Positions 1-9,004 are shown, numbered from the stretch's first letter. The stretch: DNA of 64,000 nt from Pseudomonadota bacterium (GCA_039030615.1 JBCCDV010000010.1:55612-119611); one strand, 5' to 3'. Made by a program: numbers and translations. The notes: a model not told the origin generated them from the letters alone.

Positions 1-5
1 GGTTT

Positions 6-1091
6 TTGAAAGCCCTGGAGGCGTTCGAATTTGACCGTATGTTCACCAAAACAGAGGCCACACTTTATGAGCCTATCGGCGTTTGTGCGTTGATCACGCC
101 ATGGAATTGGCCAATGAACCAGATCGTTCTGAAAGCCATCCCGGCGTTGGCGACCGGTTGCACCGCAGTGTTGAAACCCTCCGAGATCGCGCCTCTGTCG
201 GGACTTCTCTTTGCCGATTTCATCCATGAGGCGGGCTTTCCGAAAGGCGTGTTTAACATGGTCAATGGCGACGGGGCGGGTGTTGGGTCCCAGCTGAGCG
301 CACATCCAGAGGTCGATATGGTCTCCTTCACCGGATCGTCGCGGGCGGGCAAGCTTATCTCGGTAGCGGCAGCAGAAACCTTAAAGCGGGTCAGCCTTGA
401 GCTTGGCGGCAAGGGCGCGAACATCATCTTTGCCGACGCGAACGAGAAGGCCGTCACACAAGGTGTCGTCCGGTGTTTCCGCAATACCGGACAGTCGTGC
501 AACGCGCCGACCCGGATGCTGGTGGAACGCTCCCGCTACGACCAAGCCGTTGAACAGGCTATCGCCGCGGCGGAGCAAACGGTTGTTGGCCCCGCTTCGG
601 AAGAAGGTAGGCATATTGGGCCACTGGTCAGCGAAATGCAGTTCGAAAAGGTACAAAACCTGATCCAACAGGGCATCGATGAGGGCGGACGGCTGGTCGC
701 AGGCGGCGTTGGCCGTCCAGAAAACCTCAACCGTGGCTATTATTGCCGCCCGACGGTTTTCACGGATGTGACCCCTGACATGGAGATCTACAAGCAGGAG
801 ATTTTCGGCCCCGTTCTCGCGATCATGCCGTTCGAGGATGAAGCCCACGCCGTCGCGTTGGCCAATGACACGCCCTATGGGCTGACCAACTACATCCAGA
901 CCGAGGATCAGGAAAAGCGCCGCCGGGTGGCACGAAAGGTCCGATCGGGCATGGTTGAGACCAATGGATCAGGCTTCGCCAAAGGATCGCCCTTTGGTGG
1001 CTACAAACAATCAGGGAACGGCCGCGAGGGCGGAACGTTTGGCTTGGAGGAATTTCTCGAGGTCAAAGCCGTCAGCGCTTGGGACAGCTGA
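6..1091 (+). CDS. NAD-dependent aldehyde dehydrogenase, 5'-truncated by the window edge
   Basis: FTGS, LELGGK (catalytic Glu), GQSCNAP (catalytic Cys), EIFGP and PFGGYKQSG motifs. The frame is open to the left edge and 361 aa is short for a full ALDH. Confidence 0.92.
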   Translation: MKALEAFEFDRMFTKTEATLYEPIGVCALITPWNWPMNQIVLKAIPALATGCTAVLKPSEIAPLSGLLFADFIHEAGFPKGVFNMVNGDGAGVGSQLSAHPEVDMVSFTGSSRAGKLISVAAAETLKRVSLELGGKGANIIFADANEKAVTQGVVRCFRNTGQSCNAPTRMLVERSRYDQAVEQAIAAAEQTVVGPASEEGRHIGPLVSEMQFEKVQNLIQQGIDEGGRLVAGGVGRPENLNRGYYCRPTVFTDVTPDMEIYKQEIFGPVLAIMPFEDEAHAVALANDTPYGLTNYIQTEDQEKRRRVARKVRSGMVETNGSGFAKGSPFGGYKQSGNGREGGTFGLEEFLEVKAVSAWDS

Positions 1092-1095
1092 GGCG

Positions 1096-1740
1096 CTAGA
1101 ACGGCGCTTTGGCCTTGAATTCTACGTGCCGCCCACCTTGCGGATGGCGCAGTTTCAGGCTTTCGGCATGCAGCATCATGCGCGGGTGGTCCTGCCAGTC
1201 CTCAGAATAGAAGGGATCGCCCACAATAGGGTGGCCCAGCTCCTTCATATGCACGCGTAGTTGGTGGGAGCGCCCGGTTCGCGGGTAAAGCCGCATTCGT
1301 GATACACCGTTTTTGACCGCGCCACGCCGCCATTCAGTCAGGGCCGGTTTTCCCGTCTCGAAATTCACATGCTGCAAAGGCCTGTTGGGCCAGTCGACAA
1401 TGAGCGGTAGGTCAATCTCACCTGATTTCTCGGCAACTTCGCCATGTACAAGCGCAATATAGGTCTTCTTTGTGTGCCGCTTCTCAAACTGAAGGCCCAG
1501 ATGGCGTTGCGCAGATTTGGTCAGTGCAAAAACCATGACGCCAGATGTGTCACGATCCAGCCGGTGCACCAGCAACGCGGTCGGGAAGGCCACCTGAATG
1601 CGCGCAATGAGGCAATCGGCCAAATGCTCGCCTTTGCCGGGGACGGAAAGCAGCCCTGCAGGTTTGTTTACCAACAACAGGTCCGAATCCTCATACAGAA
1701 CACTGAGCGGGTCTTTCGGTGGATCGTAAGTGTCGGACAT
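1096..1740 (-). CDS. rluA: RluA-family pseudouridine synthase
   Basis: NKPAGL motif, HRLDRDTSG (catalytic Asp), TGRSHQLRVH. Start trimmed to the ATG at 1740 (MSDTYDPP). Confidence 0.88.
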   Translation of the reverse strand: MSDTYDPPKDPLSVLYEDSDLLLVNKPAGLLSVPGKGEHLADCLIARIQVAFPTALLVHRLDRDTSGVMVFALTKSAQRHLGLQFEKRHTKKTYIALVHGEVAEKSGEIDLPLIVDWPNRPLQHVNFETGKPALTEWRRGAVKNGVSRMRLYPRTGRSHQLRVHMKELGHPIVGDPFYSEDWQDHPRMMLHAESLKLRHPQGGRHVEFKAKAPF

Positions 1741-1870
1741 AAAAGCGGTTTGAGCATTGCTGCGCGGGCAGTGCAAGCGGCAAGCAGCAGACCCGAATTA
1801 CGGCTACTTTGTGCCAAAAACTGCCAAATGTGTTGATAACGAGGCAAAGTTCCCCTACGGCTCCACTCAA

Positions 1871-1897
1871 GTTTTCCTTAGGTGGGCGAAGGAAAAC
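1871..1897. promoter_or_regulatory. Perfect 9-bp inverted repeat between the divergent rluA and VPLPA-CTERM genes, candidate operator
   Basis: GTTTTCCTT (1871-1879), 9-nt spacer, AAGGAAAAC (1889-1897). Function inferred only. Confidence 0.35.
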
Positions 1898-1923
1898 GTG
1901 TTTTGTAACGATTGGACTAAGAC

Positions 1924-2616
1924 ATGAAAATGCTCACAAGCGCCGCAATTGCGGCAGCGTTGCTTGCAACGCCAGGGGTCTCAGCAACAGTTGATGTGAC
2001 CCAACAGAATGCTTCAAATGTCTTCGCAGACATGAACGGCGCCAACAAATGGTATGTTGCGACATCGTTTGAAGTTAACGCAAAATCCTTCAACAACGTT
2101 GGTGCCGGCGCGTTCCGCGTCACCACCGGCGATGGAAATGGCTTCATGGAAGACCTATTGGCCTTCTGCCTGCAGCCTTTGGAATATTTGACGCTCCCCA
2201 AAGAGCATAAAATCGAAAATCCATTCATCGGCGCAAAGTCTGACGCCGTTCAAGCACTGGCTTCCAATGCCTGGGGCCTCGTGGTCGACGCCGAAACAGC
2301 AGGCGCGTTCCAAATGGCCGTTTGGGAAATCACAACCGAAACGGGCGCATATGATGTTCAGGACGGCACGTTCAAAATAACCGGCAATGGCGCGGCGTCT
2401 AACGGGGCTGAAGCGCTTGCGCAAACCTGGCTGAACAACATCACCAATAGCATTTGGACGGCGGGCAGTGATCAATACAAGATCCTCACAGCCTCAGGGA
2501 CGCAAGACCTTTTGACCAACGCGGTCGCGCCGGTTCCATTGCCCGCATCAGGCTTGCTGCTCTTGGCCGGATTGGCTGGCGCTGGGACTTTGGCGAAGCG
2601 TCGCAAAAAGGCCTAA
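1924..2616 (+). CDS. VPLPA-CTERM (PEP-CTERM-like) exosortase-target surface protein, possible thioester domain
   Basis: N-terminal signal peptide. C-terminus PVPLPA + hydrophobic helix (SGLLLLAGLAGAGTLA) + basic tail KRRKKA. Single Cys in AFCLQP. Confidence 0.88.
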   Translation: MKMLTSAAIAAALLATPGVSATVDVTQQNASNVFADMNGANKWYVATSFEVNAKSFNNVGAGAFRVTTGDGNGFMEDLLAFCLQPLEYLTLPKEHKIENPFIGAKSDAVQALASNAWGLVVDAETAGAFQMAVWEITTETGAYDVQDGTFKITGNGAASNGAEALAQTWLNNITNSIWTAGSDQYKILTASGTQDLLTNAVAPVPLPASGLLLLAGLAGAGTLAKRRKKA

Positions 2617-2636
2617 GCCGCCTTTCATCCAACTTC

Positions 2637-2672
2637 AAAAGGCGCCGTCAGCAAACGCGATGGCGCCTTTTT
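2637..2672. terminator. Bidirectional intrinsic terminator
   Basis: AAAA-GGCGCCGTC-loop-GATGGCGCC-TTTTT between convergent genes. Confidence 0.75.
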
Positions 2673-2690
2673 CATGTTTTATTGCAGCGG

Positions 2691-5132
2691 TTAGACTTTC
2701 ACACGTTCCGACGTTGGATCGTAGAAGGGCTTGGAGGACACCTCCGCCTTGATGCGGGTTCCCGCGACGTCGATCTCGTAATCAGAGGCCAACACCTCTG
2801 CCAGTTTTTCGCCCGGGCTTTGGATATACCCCATACCCATCGCCGCGCCGAGGTGGTGGCCATAGGAGCCAGAGGTCAGGTAGCCTGCAAGCTCGCCGTC
2901 ACGGAAGACGGGTTCGGCGTGGTACAAGAGCGGCTCTGGATCGGAGAGCTTGAATTGGAGAAGACGCATTTGAAGGCCTTGGTCTTGTTTGGCCAAGATG
3001 GCGTCACGGCCGATGTAATCCGGTTTGTCCTTCTTGACAGCGAAGCCTAGCCCCGCCTCCATGACGTGATCCTCAGACGTAATGTCATGGCCGAAGTGGC
3101 GGAAGCCTTTTTCGATACGGCAACTGTCCATCATATGCATGCCGCAGAGCTTCAGATCCATCTCTTGTCCAGCCGAATGCAGCGTTTCAAAGACGTGCCC
3201 GGCTTGATCGGCGGAGACATAGATTTCCCATCCCAACTCCCCGACATAGGTGACGCGGTGCGCTCGGGCGAGGCCCATTCCGATCTCGATCTCTTGAGCC
3301 GTACCAAACGGGTTTGTGGCGTTGGTGAAATCATTGGGGGAGACCTTCTCGAGCAGCTTCCGCGCGTTGGGGCCCATGATGGCAAGAACACCTTCGCCAG
3401 CCGTGACATCGGTGATGACCACGTTGAAATCGCCCACTTGGCGCTGCATCCAGGTTTGATCTGCCAGCCGGGTCGCAGCCGGGGTGACGACCAAATATGC
3501 GGTTTCCGACAGCCGGGTGACGGTGACGTCGGCCTCAATCCCCGCCTTGGAATTGAGGAACTGTGTGTAGACGATTTTGCCAATGGGGCAGGAGTAATCC
3601 CCGCCGCCGACATAGTTCATGAAGGCCTCCGCGTCGCGGCCCTCTACCCGGATTTTACCGAAAGACGACATGTCATACATGCCAACATTCGTACGGATTG
3701 CATTATGCTCAGCCGCGACATTCGGGAAGAAGTTTTGCCGCTTCCATGAGTATTCATAAGCCGGGTCTTGGCCCTCATTCGCGAACCAGTTGGCGCGTTC
3801 CCAACCCGCAATTTCGCCCATCACGGCGCCTTCGTTCAGAAGGTGCTGGTGGAACGGAGTGCGGCGCACACCGCGCGCGGTTTTCTTTTGTAGATAGGGG
3901 AAGTGGTCGGCGTAGAGCAGACCGAGTGTTTCCTTGGAGCGTTCAAATAGATACGTCTTGTTGCCCTGAAACGGCTGCATGCGAGAAATGTCGACATCAC
4001 CCAGATCGAACGGTTTTTCACCCGCATCCATCCATTGCGCAAGCGCCTGACCAGCCCCGCCAGCAGATTGGATACCGATGGAGTTGAAGCCCGCTGCGAC
4101 CCAGAAATTGTCCAGCTCTGGCGCGAGGCCGAGGTGATAGGCATCATCCGGCGTAAAGCTCTCCGGCCCGTTGAAGAATGTGTGAATACCAGCTTCCGCC
4201 AGCATTGGTAGTCGCTCAACCGCGGCTTCGAGAATGGGCTCGAAATGGTCGAAGTCTTCGGGCAGCTGGTCGAATTCGAAATCTTTGGGAATGTCCAAAG
4301 TCCACGGCTTCGAGACCGGTTCGAACGCACCGAGCAACATTTTGCCCGCGTCTTCCTTATAGTAAGCGCATTCGTCTGGCACCCGCAGCACCGGCATTTG
4401 CGTCAGGCCGGGGATCGCTTCGGTGACGATGTAGAAGTGTTCGCAGCTGTGCAGCGGCACGTTGACGCCCGCCATTTTTCCGACGCTGTGGCCCCACATG
4501 CCGCCGCAATTGACGACGTGGTCCGCGGCGATCTGACCTGTCTCGCCGTTTTTGTCTTCCCAAGTCACGCCAGTCGCACGGCGGCCTTCCTTCTGGATTG
4601 ATGTGACCAGAAAGCCTTCCTTGACCAACGCCCCGTTTTGACGCGCACCCTTGGCAAGCGCGAGGGCGATGTTGGCCGGGTCGCCTTGCCCGTCGAGCGG
4701 CAAATAGACGCCGCCGACAACGCCGTCGATATTGAGATGCTCATACCGCTTTTTGACCTCTTCGGGGGAGATCGGCTCGGCCTCGACCCCAAAAGAGCGC
4801 GCCATGGCGGCTTGCCGACTGATTTCCTCGAGCCGCTCATCGGTCAGCGCGACGGTGATCGAACCGCAGCGTTTAAATCCGGTTTCGACACCTGTTTCCT
4901 CCGCAAGCGAGCCGTAGAGTTCTTGGCTGTATTTGGCGAGTTTGGTCATATTCTTGGTCGCGCGCAGCTGCGCGATGAGGCCCGCCGCGTGCCAAGTTGT
5001 GCCGCTTGTCAGCTGTTTGCGCTCCAGCAGCACCACGTCTTTCCAGCCCTGTTTGGCCAAATGGTAGGCGACGGAACAGCCGATAACGCCGCCGCCGATG
5101 ATGACGACGCGCGCGGAAGTGGGAAGGCTCAT
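2691..5132 (-). CDS. GcvT-family FAD-dependent oxidoreductase, sarcosine dehydrogenase-like
   Basis: GGGVIG FAD motif, GTTWHAAGLIAQLR (SarDH-like covalent-FAD His context), C-terminal GcvT folate-binding domain, 813 aa. Confidence 0.85.
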   Translation of the reverse strand: MSLPTSARVVIIGGGVIGCSVAYHLAKQGWKDVVLLERKQLTSGTTWHAAGLIAQLRATKNMTKLAKYSQELYGSLAEETGVETGFKRCGSITVALTDERLEEISRQAAMARSFGVEAEPISPEEVKKRYEHLNIDGVVGGVYLPLDGQGDPANIALALAKGARQNGALVKEGFLVTSIQKEGRRATGVTWEDKNGETGQIAADHVVNCGGMWGHSVGKMAGVNVPLHSCEHFYIVTEAIPGLTQMPVLRVPDECAYYKEDAGKMLLGAFEPVSKPWTLDIPKDFEFDQLPEDFDHFEPILEAAVERLPMLAEAGIHTFFNGPESFTPDDAYHLGLAPELDNFWVAAGFNSIGIQSAGGAGQALAQWMDAGEKPFDLGDVDISRMQPFQGNKTYLFERSKETLGLLYADHFPYLQKKTARGVRRTPFHQHLLNEGAVMGEIAGWERANWFANEGQDPAYEYSWKRQNFFPNVAAEHNAIRTNVGMYDMSSFGKIRVEGRDAEAFMNYVGGGDYSCPIGKIVYTQFLNSKAGIEADVTVTRLSETAYLVVTPAATRLADQTWMQRQVGDFNVVITDVTAGEGVLAIMGPNARKLLEKVSPNDFTNATNPFGTAQEIEIGMGLARAHRVTYVGELGWEIYVSADQAGHVFETLHSAGQEMDLKLCGMHMMDSCRIEKGFRHFGHDITSEDHVMEAGLGFAVKKDKPDYIGRDAILAKQDQGLQMRLLQFKLSDPEPLLYHAEPVFRDGELAGYLTSGSYGHHLGAAMGMGYIQSPGEKLAEVLASDYEIDVAGTRIKAEVSSKPFYDPTSERVKV

Positions 5133-5584
5133 GGGTACATCTCCGAGAACTTGGCCTTGTAGAGAGCGATCATTTCGTCCTCAGTGGCGCCGGTGTCATA
5201 GGGGGGTGTCGTCAGAGGTTTGACCTCTGAAACATTGATTTTGACGATCAGGTTCATGCGCTCGCATAGCGAGCTCCAGATCTCTTGAAACTGCGGGAAA
5301 AGTGTGTCGAATTCAGCTGTGTCGCGGCGCACCATTGTACTCGTACCGCGCAACCGCGCGCCTTTGCGGGTGAACGCGTCAACGAAATTGACCTCGCACT
5401 CCGGATTGTGCGCCAGATTGCTCACCGTTTGTGGCGAGCGGATTTCACCAAAGGCGATGGTTTTGTTGTCGACCACCAGAAACGTCCCCTTGGGGGAGAC
5501 GGATGGGTGCCCGCCCGGCGTAATCGTGGCGATATGGCCCAGCCGCCACCGCGTGATCAGTTCTTGCGTAGATTGTGGGATCAT
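5129..5584 (-). CDS. Pyridoxamine 5'-phosphate oxidase-like (split-barrel flavin-binding) protein
   Basis: IAT..PGGHPSVSPKG and SPQTVSNLAHNPECEVNF patterns. ATG at 5584 overlaps the upstream TGA, and its stop overlaps the next gene's start. Confidence 0.75.
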   Translation of the reverse strand: MIPQSTQELITRWRLGHIATITPGGHPSVSPKGTFLVVDNKTIAFGEIRSPQTVSNLAHNPECEVNFVDAFTRKGARLRGTSTMVRRDTAEFDTLFPQFQEIWSSLCERMNLIVKINVSEVKPLTTPPYDTGATEDEMIALYKAKFSEMYP

Positions 5585-6450
5585 TTGAACCTCCGCACCA
5601 GCTCGGCGATATGGGCCGGGCCCACCTCGCAACAGCCACCGATAATTTGCGCACCGGAACTGCGCCAGCTTTGCGCATGTTCAGCGTAGGCCAAGGGGCC
5701 CAGGTCCTCGCGCGCGGTGAGCAGATCGACTGTGGCGCCGACATGATCAAACCCCGCCGCGATGCCTGTAAACCCGTTTGCATAAGCCCCAATCAGCGAA
5801 CCAGAAGACGCTATAAGCGGTACAGCCTGCGAAACCGCTTCCGGGCGGGAGCAATTGATCAACAGCGCCTCCGGTTGGAACTCTTCGATCAGCGGCAAGA
5901 TATCAGCGACCGCCTCACCCGAGCGCAGCCTGGTTCCGTCGCTGTCATGGACCGAGACGGCGAGCCAAACGGGCTTGCCGGTGGTTCCGGCCCCCATCAA
6001 CCCACCTCGCGCCTGATCGACGGAAGACATGGTTTCGAGGATATGCATATCGACATAAGGGAGCTGGTATTCCGCAAGTTTCGCATAGACCTCCGCGGCC
6101 TCCTCCGCGGGTGGCGCATTGTCAGGCTGATACGAGAACCCAATTGGCCCCATGCCCCCCGCCACAAGACCCGCGCCATGCGCATCCCGCGCGTCGCAGG
6201 CCAACTGGCAGGACAGCTCAGTCAGCTCTTGCAAACGCGCCTCCAGGCCATAGGAGATAAGCCGATCCGGCAGAACAGAATAGCCATTGGTCGTGGCGAT
6301 CTCGGCACCGGCTGCGAAGAAATCATCATGCACAGCGCGCACCGTCTCGGGCGCATCCAAAAGCGCCTGGACAGACCACAACCCGGTCGCCTGCCCTGCG
6401 CGCGCAATCAGCTCCTGCCCCATGCCCCCGTCAAGGATTGTCACACTCAT
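5581..6450 (-). CDS. Homocysteine S-methyltransferase family protein (betaine-homocysteine methyltransferase-like)
   Basis: ILDGGMGQEL start, INCS and IIGGCCEVGP Zn-ligand motifs, located between the DMGDH-like and SarDH-like genes. Confidence 0.85.
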   Translation of the reverse strand: MSVTILDGGMGQELIARAGQATGLWSVQALLDAPETVRAVHDDFFAAGAEIATTNGYSVLPDRLISYGLEARLQELTELSCQLACDARDAHGAGLVAGGMGPIGFSYQPDNAPPAEEAAEVYAKLAEYQLPYVDMHILETMSSVDQARGGLMGAGTTGKPVWLAVSVHDSDGTRLRSGEAVADILPLIEEFQPEALLINCSRPEAVSQAVPLIASSGSLIGAYANGFTGIAAGFDHVGATVDLLTAREDLGPLAYAEHAQSWRSSGAQIIGGCCEVGPAHIAELVRRFK

Positions 6451-6550
6451 ACGCGCACACAAACGCCGCGCAGCGGCGCCCCCTTAGGTGACATGCAAAG
6501 CATGGAAGGGAGGCGGGCGGGTCCGCCGCCGGTCAAAAGCAAGACGTGTG

Positions 6551-9004
6551 TCATGCGCGAATACGCTCGTTCTCAGGGTCCCAAACGGGTTGGTCCGCTT
6601 GCACAACCGCCTTGAGACGCTTCCCAAAGACTTCCACTTCAAGCTCCGTCCCCGGTGCGGCCAGCTCTGCCTTCACGATGCCAAGACTGATGCATTTGCC
6701 AGTGCGGTAGCCCATGCCAGATGACGTCACCTCGCCGACAACCTCATCACCGTTCCAGACGGTCGACATATAGGGCGCATCCTGCTCACCGGGTTCCATC
6801 ACCATGGTGACAAATCCCTTTTTGCGACCCTGCTGCTTTTCATTCATCAAGGCCTGCTTGCCCGGAAAGTCTTGCGGCTTGTCGAAACGGATGAACCGTT
6901 CCATCCCGCCTTCGAGCAGGGTGTAGTCGGTGGACAAATCGCCCTTCCAGGTGCGGTACCCTTTCTCAAGACGCATCGAATTCAGCGCATACATTCCAAA
7001 CGGCGTGGCGCCAGCAGCGCGCACCGCATCGTAGACGGCAGCGCTGTCGTCAAAGGCGCTGTGGATTTCCCAGCCCAGCTCCCCCGCGAAGGAAATGCGC
7101 ATCAGCTTCACGGGTTTGCCCGCGATCTCGCTGTCTTGATGGGTCAGCCATCCGGTCGTCAGATCAGCGCCCGGTGCCAGGCTTGCAACCAGGTCCCGCG
7201 ATTTCGGTCCGGTGACCAAAGCAACCGACCAATCCTTGGTGATGTCGGCCATGGTCAGGGACCCGTCCGCGGGCAAACGCCCTATCAGGAATTCCAGATC
7301 ATGCCATTGCGCCACGGCGGCGGTCATCAGCCAGAAATCATCTTCGCCAAAGCGAATGATTGTCACCTCTGTGACGATCCGACCGCGTGTATCGGTAAAA
7401 TAGCCAAGGTTCATGCGCCCCGCTTTCGGTAAAGCCCCCGCGATTTGACCGCGTAGCCATTCGGCAGCACCCTCACCGCTGAGCGTGTAGCGCGAGAAGC
7501 CCGGCATATCCAAGACGCCAGCTCCATCACGGCAGGCCTCGACCTCTTCTTTGATGCGCGCCTCCCATGGTCCGCTGCGCGCCCATGTTTGCGTTGCTTC
7601 CTCGGAGGTGTCATCGCCGTCTTTGGCGAACCAATTGGCGCGCTCCCAGCCGTTATACGCGCCCATTTGCGCGCCAGAGGCTAGAAGCGTGGCGTGGTTT
7701 GCCGACAGCTTTTTGTCGCGCCCAGCTGGCCATTCGTGATGCGGGAAATGCATCGCGTATTCGTGCCCGTATGTTTCGAGCGCCTTAGCGAGGCAATGGT
7801 CGTGATCTGTGTAGTCAGTGTAGCGGCGCGGATCGACGGCCCACATGTCGTCTTCCGTCTCGCCATGCATGATCCATTCCGAAAGCACCTTGCCAGCACC
7901 ACCGCCTTGGGCGATGCCGAAGGTGAAAGAGTGTCCCTCATAGGCGTTCTTCACGCCGGGCATTGGGCCGATCATTGGCAGGCCATCGGGCGCGTATGGG
8001 ATGGGGCCGTTGATGTTGCGCTCCACCCCTCCCTCGCCCAGCAGTGGCAGGCGTTCCATCGCGTCTTCGATGTAGAACTCAAGGCGTTCCAGATCATCGG
8101 GGTACAGCTGGAAGGAAAAGTCCTCCGGCATCGGATCATCCGGCGTGACCCAATGGGCCTTACAGTTCCGCTCATAGGGTCCGAGGTTCAGCCCGGCCTT
8201 GTCCTGCCGCAGATAGTAGCTGATATCGACATCGCGGATCATGGGCATCTTGTGGCCCTTCTCCTTGGTCCAGGCTTCCAGCTCAGGCAATTGGCCGGTC
8301 AGGAAATACTGGTGCGACATGACCACCATCGGCACGGTGCGCCCGCCAAACGGCTTGAACATCTCGCCGACGCGCTGCGCATAATAGCCCGCGCAGTTGG
8401 CGACATACTCGCAGCGAATATCACCCTTGTCGGTTTTGACAATCCATTCGTCACCGTCGCGGTCGATGCCTGTGACGGGGCAAAAGCGTTCAATCCGGCC
8501 CCCTGCATCGCGCGCGCCTTTTGCCAAGGCTTGGGTCAGCTGCGCGGGGTCAATATCACCATCGAGCGGGTCCCAAAGACCGCCTTCCAGATCATGGATT
8601 TCCATGAACGGGTTCAGCTCCTGCATCTCCTTGGGCGTCATGATGTCCATCTGCAGGCCTTGGTAGCGACCCATGCCCGAGACGCGCTCGAATTCCTGCA
8701 TCCGCTCTTTGGAATGCGCCAGCCGCAGGGCGCCGGTGACGTGGTAATTCATCGGGTAATCCACATCGTCAGCCAGCGTGCGGTACATCTCCAACCCGTA
8801 GCGCTGGATGTTCATCACCCCCCAGCTGCCTGCAAAGTTCGGGCAGTTGCCCGCCGCGTGCCAAGTGGAACCCGCCGTCAGCTCGTTCTTTTCGAGCAGC
8901 ACGCAGTCTTTCCAGCCTGCCTTAGCCAGATGGTAGAGCGTCGAGGTGCCGACAGCGCCGCCCCCGATGATGACCACACGGGCCGTGGTTGGAAAATCTG
9001 ACAT
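6551..9004 (-). CDS. GcvT-family FAD-dependent oxidoreductase, dimethylglycine dehydrogenase-like
   Basis: GGGAVG FAD motif, GSTWHAAG, RLEKGY and C-terminal GcvT domain, 817 aa. Confidence 0.85.
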   Translation of the reverse strand: MSDFPTTARVVIIGGGAVGTSTLYHLAKAGWKDCVLLEKNELTAGSTWHAAGNCPNFAGSWGVMNIQRYGLEMYRTLADDVDYPMNYHVTGALRLAHSKERMQEFERVSGMGRYQGLQMDIMTPKEMQELNPFMEIHDLEGGLWDPLDGDIDPAQLTQALAKGARDAGGRIERFCPVTGIDRDGDEWIVKTDKGDIRCEYVANCAGYYAQRVGEMFKPFGGRTVPMVVMSHQYFLTGQLPELEAWTKEKGHKMPMIRDVDISYYLRQDKAGLNLGPYERNCKAHWVTPDDPMPEDFSFQLYPDDLERLEFYIEDAMERLPLLGEGGVERNINGPIPYAPDGLPMIGPMPGVKNAYEGHSFTFGIAQGGGAGKVLSEWIMHGETEDDMWAVDPRRYTDYTDHDHCLAKALETYGHEYAMHFPHHEWPAGRDKKLSANHATLLASGAQMGAYNGWERANWFAKDGDDTSEEATQTWARSGPWEARIKEEVEACRDGAGVLDMPGFSRYTLSGEGAAEWLRGQIAGALPKAGRMNLGYFTDTRGRIVTEVTIIRFGEDDFWLMTAAVAQWHDLEFLIGRLPADGSLTMADITKDWSVALVTGPKSRDLVASLAPGADLTTGWLTHQDSEIAGKPVKLMRISFAGELGWEIHSAFDDSAAVYDAVRAAGATPFGMYALNSMRLEKGYRTWKGDLSTDYTLLEGGMERFIRFDKPQDFPGKQALMNEKQQGRKKGFVTMVMEPGEQDAPYMSTVWNGDEVVGEVTSSGMGYRTGKCISLGIVKAELAAPGTELEVEVFGKRLKAVVQADQPVWDPENERIRA

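Noticed and set aside
1811-1820. GTGCCAAAAA shared with the candidate WYL operator at 58543
   Set aside because: A 10-mer that is half A-run and lacks the TGTCAC half. Expected by chance.
1841-1900. c-di-GMP-I riboswitch suggested by GGCAAA upstream of the adhesin-like gene
   Set aside because: The GNRA tetraloop/receptor stems and the second conserved segment are absent.
6451-6550. SAM or SAM-SAH riboswitch upstream of the homocysteine methyltransferase
   Set aside because: Only a small GC hairpin is present. I could not match the conserved SAM-II, SAM-V or SAM-SAH cores.
7694-9001. 435-aa antisense ORF over the DMGDH-like gene (similarly 5575-6615, 3066-3749, 19011-19604)
   Set aside because: Fully overlaps well-supported genes on the opposite strand, with no motifs or RBS. 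A GC3-bias shadow.
2691-9004. DMSP demethylase DmdA or glycine cleavage T protein identity for the GcvT-family genes
   Set aside because: Both are about 815 aa with an N-terminal FAD oxidoreductase domain. DmdA and GcvT proper are about 360-370 aa and lack it.
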